Source: Desulfovibrio sp.
GTDB lineage: Bacteria; Desulfobacterota; Desulfovibrionia; Desulfovibrionales; Desulfovibrionaceae
Direction: 5' to 3'
DNA length: 64,000 bases
Assembly: GCA_031269345.1 (NCBI GenBank)
Contig: JAISZH010000031.1
Location: forward strand, 370-64,369
Shown: piece by piece, positions 1-6,780 of the stretch
How positions within the stretch are numbered: the first letter of the stretch is position 1
How the letters are laid out: each line of letters begins with the position of its first letter
The notes under the pieces: generated by a model
Seen by the model: only the letters and a program-made list of their open reading frames with translations
Told to the model about the DNA's origin: nothing
Databases searched by the model: none
Position numbers and translations under genes: made by a program

Positions 1-3
1 CCA

Positions 4-25
4 TTTTTGCAATCGATTGCAAAAA
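4..25. repeat. Perfect 22-bp palindrome TTTTTGCAATCGATTGCAAAAA
   Basis: Read directly. It is self-complementary over its full length and lies upstream of the integrase fragment. Confidence 0.9.
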
Positions 26-191
26 TAGCTTTCCGGATTTTTTCTGCCCGCCGATTTGTGATATATTGGCTTTCTAAACGATTTTTCGTATGGAGGCCGA
101 TATATGGCGATATTGCGTACCTTCAGATTCACCGGCGGGGTTACGAACTTTTCCTCTGCCGCGCAGGTTAAATTTCTGCTGTTCTTGGTGA

Positions 192-431
192 ACGGCGGAA
201 AGGAAGTCTCGCTGCCACGCTTTTGCTGCCTATGCCTTGGACGCCGGTGCCGACATCAAAACAGTTGCCGAGATGATGAACCACTCGGACCCGGCGATGA
301 TTTTGCGTAACTATCAGCATACATCCGCCTCAGCCAGACAGAATGTTGTCGCTTCGCTGTCTGGTTTTGCCTGTCTTGACATGTCTGTCTCAAAAAGAGA
401 AGGGGCAGACAAGTTGTCTGACCCCTTGTAA
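192..431 (+). pseudogene. C-terminal fragment of a tyrosine recombinase/phage integrase (truncated or frameshifted)
   Basis: The frame reads ..RCHAFAAYALDAGADIKTVAEMMNHSDPAMILRNYQH.., which resembles the integrase H-x-x-R...LGHS...Y catalytic tail. The frame is closed by a stop at 189-191 and no intact N-terminal part is present. It ends 4 nt from a tRNA gene. Confidence 0.6.
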
Positions 432-435
432 TTTC

Positions 436-512
436 TGGTCGGGATGAGAGGATTTGAACCTCCGGCCCCAGCGTCCCGAACGCTGTGCTCTACCAGACTG
501 AGCCACATCCCG
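436..512 (-). tRNA. tRNA-Pro (anticodon CGG)
   Basis: The reverse complement folds as a 77-nt cloverleaf: acceptor CGGGATG/CATCCCG, D arm GCTC..GAGC, anticodon stem CAGCG/CGCTG with loop TTCGGGA, T arm GGAGG-TTCAAAT-CCTCT, and an encoded CCA. Confidence 0.9.
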
Positions 513-551
513 CCGCGCAGGTATGTATAAGCCAAGCCGCCTTATCCGGCA

Positions 552-586
552 AGAAAAAAACGTGCTATCGACAGAAAAAAACGTGC
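552..586 (+). repeat. Two identical 14-bp direct repeats AGAAAAAAACGTGC spaced 21 bp start-to-start
   Basis: Read directly at 552-565 and 573-586, between tRNA-Pro and the che operon. Confidence 0.85.
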
Positions 587-813
587 GTGTTGCGACAACT
601 CGGGAAACTTGCGGCGACAGACGCCAATGCTTTGAGAAATTTGAAAAATATCCGGAGATATTGCCCGATTTGCAATTTCATGCCATGAGTGATAACATGA
701 AAGTGTGAGCAGGGTCTGCGCGCGCCGCAGCGTTTGAGGAAACCACGTTTCCCAGGCGACGAAGGTCGCGGAGTTTCGTCAGGTTCTGTGGAGTTTAAAT
801 CACAAGGAGCTGT

Positions 814-1947
814 TTGGTGGTAAAAGTTTTGGTCGTCGATGATTCTGCCTTTGTAAGGCGCTCCCTTGTAACTATCCTTGAGAGAGACCCGGAAATCCAG
901 GTGGCCGGGACGGCGGCTAACGGTGAGGAGGCCATTGCCAAAGCCGCCCAGATTGACCCGGACGTGATCACCATGGATGTGGAGATGCCCAAGATGAACG
1001 GCCTGGTCGCCCTTGAGCGCATAATGGCCGAGAATCCGCTCCCGGTGATCATGGTGAGCTCCATCACCGGAGAGGGCGCTGCCACCACACTGCGCGCCAT
1101 GGAATTGGGCGCGCTTGATTATATATGCAAACCCGGTTCGGATCGTGTGCATGAAGTGCAACATATGGAGAAAGACATCTGCCCCAAAGTCAAAGCTCTG
1201 GCCAGACGCAAGGCCTTCCTGCGCCTTAAGTACAAGACCGGCGCCATGAAAGCCTCCCAATCCGCCGGCGCGTCCCTCGGCCGGACCGGTTTTTCCTCCT
1301 CGGCGGCGACGGGTTCCACCCCCCCGGCATCGGCGCATGCGCCTTTGCATACGCGCGTCGCTGCGGAATCCTTCGAGATCGTGGCCATCGGGGTATCCAC
1401 CGGCGGCCCGCCCGCGGTGCAGACAGTGCTTTCCGGCCTGCCCTCGAATTTTCCCGTCCCGATACTCATAGCCCAACATATGCCGTCCACCTTTACCGGC
1501 CCCTTTGCCGAGCGTCTTAACAGTCAGTGCGCTATAGCCGTCAAGGAAGCCGAGCCGGTGGAACGGATCAAGGCGGGCGTGGTCTATATCTGTCCTGGAG
1601 GCAGGCATCTGCGTCTGGAAAACAGGGGCGGCTCCCTGATGGCAGTGGTCACGGAGGAGCCGAAAGAGGCTTTGTACAAACCTTCGGCAAACGTGCTCAT
1701 GGAAACCGTGGGTCTGGCTCTTGGGCACAGGGCTTTGGGAGTAACCATGACCGGCATGGGGTCCGATGGAGTGGAGGGGACCAGGGTCTTGAAACAGAAA
1801 GGTGGCTGGGCCATTGCCCAAAATGAGGAATCCTGCGTGGTCTACGGTATGCCCAAGGCTGTGGTAGACGCCGGGCTGGCTGACGAGGTGGTTGACCTCA
1901 AGCATATGTCTGCGGCTATTCTGGCCCATTTCCACGGCAGGGTGTAG
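814..1947 (+). CDS. cheB: Chemotaxis response regulator protein-glutamate methylesterase CheB
   Basis: Receiver domain (VLVVDDSAFVRR..DVITMDVEMPKMNG) fused to a methylesterase domain (GVSTGGP..GMGSDG..ESCVVYGMP). AAGGAG RBS and TTG start. Confidence 0.95.
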   Translation: MVVKVLVVDDSAFVRRSLVTILERDPEIQVAGTAANGEEAIAKAAQIDPDVITMDVEMPKMNGLVALERIMAENPLPVIMVSSITGEGAATTLRAMELGALDYICKPGSDRVHEVQHMEKDICPKVKALARRKAFLRLKYKTGAMKASQSAGASLGRTGFSSSAATGSTPPASAHAPLHTRVAAESFEIVAIGVSTGGPPAVQTVLSGLPSNFPVPILIAQHMPSTFTGPFAERLNSQCAIAVKEAEPVERIKAGVVYICPGGRHLRLENRGGSLMAVVTEEPKEALYKPSANVLMETVGLALGHRALGVTMTGMGSDGVEGTRVLKQKGGWAIAQNEESCVVYGMPKAVVDAGLADEVVDLKHMSAAILAHFHGRV

Positions 1948-2013
1948 GTTGCCGCCCGGTCCGGTACGCGGTTGTAATTGTAATTTACGACAAGCAATTC
2001 ACGGAGAACGATA

Positions 2014-3939
2014 ATGCCTGAACCGACTGATATCTTGGAACTTCTTCGCCAAGACGATCCGGAGCAGATCAGGGAAGGGGCTAAACTGGCAAGAGCGGAG
2101 CGGATGACCGGGGCCATTCCCGACTTGGTCCGCCACATCGCCAGTCCAAATATAGGCGTGCAGGAGGCGGTGGACAGGGCTTTGCGCAAAATCGGCGGTC
2201 CGGCCGTAGTGCATGCCGTAATCCCCCTGCTTCGTTCGGATGATGCGCCGGAGCGCAATATAGCCATGGATCTTCTGCGCGTGCTCGGCAATAGTGATCT
2301 TCCGGCCGTTCAGGAACTTTTGCGCGACGAGGATGCGGACGTGCGCATTTTCGCATCCGACATCCTGGGCTCGACCGGCTCGGCTCTGGCTGTGCCGGCG
2401 CTTTGCCACGCGCTCCTGAACGATCCGGAAGTCAATGTGCGTTATCAGGCGGCCGTAAGTCTCGGGCAACTGGCTTTCCCCGAGGCCGCCCCCTGCCTGA
2501 ACAGCGCCTTGGACGACGAAGAATGGGTGCAATTTTCCGTTATCGAGTCCCTGACCAAGATCAAGGATGCGTCCTCCATAGGAGCTATGGTCAAAGCGCT
2601 TGGAAAGTCCTCGGAACTTGTCGCCTCAAGCATTGTGGACGCCTTGGGGGAGATGGGCAACATAAAGGCTGTGCCCTTGCTGCTTAAAGGCCTGGACAAT
2701 TCGCCATCCCCTCTGTGCAACAAGATCGTCCGGGCAGTGCTCAACATAGTCGGCGGGCGCTCCTTGACTCTTCTGGGCACCAAGGATTGCCGCCGCCTTG
2801 CCGGTTATCTGCCCTCGGCGCTGGAGGATGAGGACAAAGACATCCAGGATGCGGCCATACGGGGTTTCGCCGCCCTTGGAGGAGAGGGCGCCACTACCTG
2901 CGTGCTCAGGCACCTGACCCGCCTTGACCCGGAAAATGACGCGCAACGCGTTGCCGAGGCCGTGGACGCGCTGGTGAAAATAGGCAAAACTCCGGAGCTT
3001 TACGAAGCTTTGCGCGGCGGCGACGACCACCTGGCCGCTATAGCCATGGAAGTCATGCTGCGGGTGGACGAAGAGGGCACCATCCCTTTGCTGATAGCCA
3101 TTTTCCCGGAGCGCGGGCGCGACATGCAGCGCCAGATAATCCAGCAACTGGCTACGCGGGCGGGACGCGAACACCAGGCCTTTTTCCTCGGCGTCCTTGA
3201 GAACTGCAAAGACGGCAACATAGTGCGCGAGGCCTTGCACTTTCTGGGGCGGAAGGGAGACCCGGCCCCGGTGCTGGACAAGATACTGCCCTTTCTTTCC
3301 CACCCGTACAATGACGTCAAGGATGCGGCGCTTGAGGCCTGTATCGCCCTGCACACCCCTGAGGTGGAGGAAATCTTCCGCTCCTTGGCCAAAAACGCGG
3401 ATGCCCTGCAGCGCATGATCGGCGTCTACGGTCTGGGTTTTTTCGACATCGGCAATTCCTTGGAACTGCTGCGCGACGCCCTTGATGATCCTTCTGCTGA
3501 GGTACGCAAGGTGGCGGTGGAGGCTTTCGGGAGATGCTCCTCGCTTGAGGGCGAGTGCAGGGGCCTCATAGAAAATATGCTGCATGACGAAAGCCGCGAC
3601 GTACGTCTTGCCGTCTACGATACCCTGCGTCTTAATCCGGACGAGAGGTTTTTCCAGTCCCTGATCAACGGCCTTGAGGATGATGACGCCTGGGTGCGCA
3701 TACGTTGTGCCGAACGGCTCGGGGAATTCAAGGTCGACGAGGCCATTGGGCCTCTTGTCGGCATGCTGGCCGACGAAAACCCGCTCATTGTGGTGAAGAT
3801 CGTCTCCGTACTCGCCTCGCTTGGCGGAGAAACCGCTTTCCGGGCGCTTATGCCCCTGCTCGATCATCCGGACGGGGACGTGCGGGAAGCCGTGGAGGCT
3901 GCGATCAACGCGATCCACAAGCAGGCCGGGGGGGAGTAA
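2014..3939 (+). CDS. HEAT/PBS-lyase-type repeat protein embedded in the che operon
   Basis: 641-aa ORF built of many ~30-aa helical repeats (..D..VR..AA.ALG..). It is tightly packed between cheB and cheR. Confidence 0.8.
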   Translation: MPEPTDILELLRQDDPEQIREGAKLARAERMTGAIPDLVRHIASPNIGVQEAVDRALRKIGGPAVVHAVIPLLRSDDAPERNIAMDLLRVLGNSDLPAVQELLRDEDADVRIFASDILGSTGSALAVPALCHALLNDPEVNVRYQAAVSLGQLAFPEAAPCLNSALDDEEWVQFSVIESLTKIKDASSIGAMVKALGKSSELVASSIVDALGEMGNIKAVPLLLKGLDNSPSPLCNKIVRAVLNIVGGRSLTLLGTKDCRRLAGYLPSALEDEDKDIQDAAIRGFAALGGEGATTCVLRHLTRLDPENDAQRVAEAVDALVKIGKTPELYEALRGGDDHLAAIAMEVMLRVDEEGTIPLLIAIFPERGRDMQRQIIQQLATRAGREHQAFFLGVLENCKDGNIVREALHFLGRKGDPAPVLDKILPFLSHPYNDVKDAALEACIALHTPEVEEIFRSLAKNADALQRMIGVYGLGFFDIGNSLELLRDALDDPSAEVRKVAVEAFGRCSSLEGECRGLIENMLHDESRDVRLAVYDTLRLNPDERFFQSLINGLEDDDAWVRIRCAERLGEFKVDEAIGPLVGMLADENPLIVVKIVSVLASLGGETAFRALMPLLDHPDGDVREAVEAAINAIHKQAGGE

Positions 3940-3942
3940 GTC

Positions 3943-4836
3943 ATGGCCCTTTTTCAAAGCGTCCCGCCGCCGTCCGCTCAAAGCCCTTTGGGCTCAAAGG
4001 TAAAGGTCACGAACGACGAGTTCACGCAACTGCGGGATTTCATTTATCAGCAAAGCGGCATATTCATTGCCGAGGCCCGCAAATACCTTATAGAAAACAG
4101 GCTGAACAACCGCATCCGGGAGCTCAATCTCAAGAATTTCGGCGAATATTACTACTATTTGCGTTTTGATCCCAACCGACGCAACGAACTTACCAAGCTT
4201 TTCGAGGTCATTACCACCAACGAGACGAGTTTTTGGAGAAACCCTCCCCAGCTTGAGGTTTTTCAGAACAAGGTGCTGGCGGCGGAAATAGACAAGATCC
4301 GCGCAAACCGCAGCAAAAAATTGCGTATCTGGTCGGCCGGCTGCTCAACTGGAGAAGAGCCGTACACCTTGGCCATAATTTTGCATGAGGTGCTGAAAAA
4401 CGAAATAGGCGCGTGGGACATCAGGATTACGGCCAACGATCTGTCCGAGGCCGTACTTGCGGCGGCGCGCAGGGGGATGTACACCGACTATGCCCTGCGT
4501 ACCACTCCCAAGGCCATCATCGACCGCTATTTCGTCAAGGACGGCGCGAATTACCAGGTGGCCCCGAAATTGAAAACCCTGATAAGCTTCGGGCCGATCA
4601 ACTTAAGCGACAGGTTGATGCTGAAGCGCGTGGAGCGTTCGAACATCATATTCTGCCGCAACGTCATCATTTATTTTGACGACGAGATGAAGCGGCAGGT
4701 GATAGAGTCTTTTTACGACAACCTGTTGCCCGGCGGCTGTATGCTTATCGGGCATTCGGAATCCCTGCACAACATTTCAAGGGCCTTCAAGCCGGAATAC
4801 CATACAGGCACAATAGTATATCGCAAGGAAGCGTAG
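3943..4836 (+). CDS. cheR: Chemotaxis protein methyltransferase CheR
   Basis: CheR N-terminal helical region plus SAM-methyltransferase motifs (LRIWSAGCSTGEEPYTLA, IFCRNVIIYFD). Confidence 0.93.
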   Translation: MALFQSVPPPSAQSPLGSKVKVTNDEFTQLRDFIYQQSGIFIAEARKYLIENRLNNRIRELNLKNFGEYYYYLRFDPNRRNELTKLFEVITTNETSFWRNPPQLEVFQNKVLAAEIDKIRANRSKKLRIWSAGCSTGEEPYTLAIILHEVLKNEIGAWDIRITANDLSEAVLAAARRGMYTDYALRTTPKAIIDRYFVKDGANYQVAPKLKTLISFGPINLSDRLMLKRVERSNIIFCRNVIIYFDDEMKRQVIESFYDNLLPGGCMLIGHSESLHNISRAFKPEYHTGTIVYRKEA

Positions 4837-4843
4837 AAGGGCG

Positions 4844-5659
4844 ATGAACGGTTCTTCGACGGCGATTGCGATGGTTAGAAAGGCTAAGGTTCTGACCATT
4901 GCCAATCAGAAGGGAGGGGTCGGCAAAACCACCACCAGCGTGACGCTTGCCTCCGCCTTGACCAGACAGGGCAAGAAAGTGCTGATCGTGGATTTGGACC
5001 CGCATGCCTGCGCCTCCGTGCATTTGCGCTATTACCCGGACGAGATGCAAAGCTCGGTCAACGACATCTTTGCCAAACACAGCGCGGATCCGGCCTATAT
5101 GGAGGAGATGTGGGACAGGATCAGGCAGCATCACGCGGGGCTTGAACTGGATGTTGTGCCGGCAAATATCCGCCTTGCGGAGCTTGAGGTGGATCTGCGC
5201 CACCGCAAGGGGAAAGGCGCCATTTTGCAGCAGTCTCTGGAGCATGTGCGGCAGGAATATGATTTTATTGTTCTGGACTGTCCGCCGCACGTAGGCATAT
5301 TATTGGTGAATGCCCTGGTGGCTTCGGATTTGCTTGTTATACCGATCCAGACGGACTTTCTCGCCCTGCACGGATTGAAGCTGCTTTTTGACACTGTAAA
5401 GGTGCTGAACAAGGTGTTGCCGAGGCCAATCTGCTACCGGATCCTGCCCACCTTGTACGACCGCAGGGCCAGAGCCTGCGCCAGGGTGCTGGAGCTTTTG
5501 GCGCTCAAGATGAGAGACAGCATGTTCAACACGGTCATCGGCATGGATACGCGCTTTCGCGAGGCCAGCGCCCAGGGGCGCGTCATATACGAGATAGCCC
5601 CGGAAAGCCGGGGAGCGCGCGAATACGAAGAACTAGCAAAAGAGATAATCGCCCTATGA
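4844..5659 (+). CDS. ParA/MinD-family ATPase, chemotaxis-cluster associated (ParC/PpfA-like)
   Basis: Deviant Walker A NQKGGVGKTT and ParA-fold motifs. It starts 7 nt after cheR and overlaps the next gene by 4 nt. Confidence 0.85.
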   Translation: MNGSSTAIAMVRKAKVLTIANQKGGVGKTTTSVTLASALTRQGKKVLIVDLDPHACASVHLRYYPDEMQSSVNDIFAKHSADPAYMEEMWDRIRQHHAGLELDVVPANIRLAELEVDLRHRKGKGAILQQSLEHVRQEYDFIVLDCPPHVGILLVNALVASDLLVIPIQTDFLALHGLKLLFDTVKVLNKVLPRPICYRILPTLYDRRARACARVLELLALKMRDSMFNTVIGMDTRFREASAQGRVIYEIAPESRGAREYEELAKEIIAL

Positions 5660-6318
5660 ACAAAAGCCCTGAAGAATATTTCAAGGAACAGAATTTTGAG
5701 GCCGTACACTCCGGCAACACCGGACTCACTCCGGCGGAACAGGCTTTTATGGACAAATATGTCGGCGTCGACGGCCGGGCGGTAATTGACAAGCTGGGCC
5801 TCGATGCGCCGGCGCGGCAGGCGCCTGACGCTGACGTGCACAAAGAAATGGATTCTGAGGTTCCGCTTGACGAAATGCTGCGCAGTTCGCCTGAACTGCT
5901 CATGGTGGGTTTTTTTATAGGCGGACAGGAGTTCACCATTCCCACGGTCGCCGTACAGGAGGTCATCCGCTACGAGCCGGTGGCCAAACTGCCTTCCGCG
6001 CCGCAATTCGTGGCCGGGGTCATAAATTTGCGCGGCCGGGTCACTCCTTTGCTCCATCTGCGCGATGTACTGGAAGTATCCTCGCCGCGCCAGGATATCG
6101 ACAAATTTATAATCGTTTGCAGGCGCAAAGGCATTCAGATAGGCATGATTATCGAGAAAGTGCATACGATGTACAGGGTGATACAGTCTGATATAGATTG
6201 GAGCATAGAAGCCCATATCGGGGCGAACGTGGATTTTGTGGCTGGCCTTTTAAAGGTGCGGGATCAACTGGTGGGCATTGTCTCTGTTGATCGGGTAATT
6301 GCCAGCATATTAAAGTGA
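5656..6318 (+). CDS. CheW-domain protein with an N-terminal extension (ParP-like coupling protein)
   Basis: C-terminal CheW domain (FFIGGQEFTIPTVAVQEVI..GVINLRGRVTPLL) preceded by an unrelated acidic N-terminus of ~85 aa. Translationally coupled to the ParA-like gene. Confidence 0.85.
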   Translation: MNKSPEEYFKEQNFEAVHSGNTGLTPAEQAFMDKYVGVDGRAVIDKLGLDAPARQAPDADVHKEMDSEVPLDEMLRSSPELLMVGFFIGGQEFTIPTVAVQEVIRYEPVAKLPSAPQFVAGVINLRGRVTPLLHLRDVLEVSSPRQDIDKFIIVCRRKGIQIGMIIEKVHTMYRVIQSDIDWSIEAHIGANVDFVAGLLKVRDQLVGIVSVDRVIASILK

Positions 6319-6331
6319 GTGGGGATATTGT

Positions 6332-6700
6332 ATGTCAAAGCACATCCTGATTGTGGACGATTCGAAGACGATTCGCAACTTGGTCGCCTTTATAATGAAA
6401 AAGGAAGGCTTCAAGGTCACGATGGCCGAGGACGGTATTGACGGCCTTGAGAAGCTGTATTCCGCGGACGGCATTGATTTGATCATCTCCGACATCAATA
6501 TGCCGCGCATGGACGGGTTCACCTTCATAAAAACCGTGCGCGAGCAGGAAGCCTACCGTGATGTGCCCATAGTCGTCTTGTCCACTGAGGGCAAGGAACA
6601 GGATATCCAGCAGGGCATACAGCTTGGAGCCAATCTGTACATGGTCAAGCCCGCTCAGCCTGACAAGATGATGAAAAATATACGCATGTTGCTCGGCTAG
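6332..6700 (+). CDS. cheY: Single-domain response regulator CheY
   Basis: 122-aa receiver domain (ILIVDDS..DLIISDINMPRMDG..VVLSTEG..YMVKP). Confidence 0.9.
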   Translation: MSKHILIVDDSKTIRNLVAFIMKKEGFKVTMAEDGIDGLEKLYSADGIDLIISDINMPRMDGFTFIKTVREQEAYRDVPIVVLSTEGKEQDIQQGIQLGANLYMVKPAQPDKMMKNIRMLLG

Positions 6701-6780
6701 CCGGACAAAGCGCCTGAAGCCAGACGGGACTGGCGCGGCTCTGGTTGTGTTTTCGCGGGCAACGCGGCAAAGGATGGAAA

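Noticed and set aside
620-700. Possible sigma-28 or sigma-54 promoter for the che operon around TTGCCCGATTTGCAA.
   Set aside because: It has no GG at the -24 position and only a weak resemblance to the TAAA-N15-GCCGATAA consensus. This is too weak to call.
565-1935. 456-aa ORF antisense to cheB. The same pattern recurs at 2626-3981, 8554-9573, 12403-13134, 13305-14042, 17538-18392, 18848-19603, 20782-21942, 21984-22925, 35505-36473, 37094-37810, 40914-41666, 41721-43136, 43249-44163, 43893-44858, 44872-46017, 46678-47550, 54787-55779, 57253-58458, 58825-59694, 59755-60399 and 61251-61916.
   Set aside because: Each lies opposite a gene with unmistakable family motifs. Their translations are Arg/Gly/Pro/His-rich low-complexity strings typical of shadow ORFs in GC-rich DNA.
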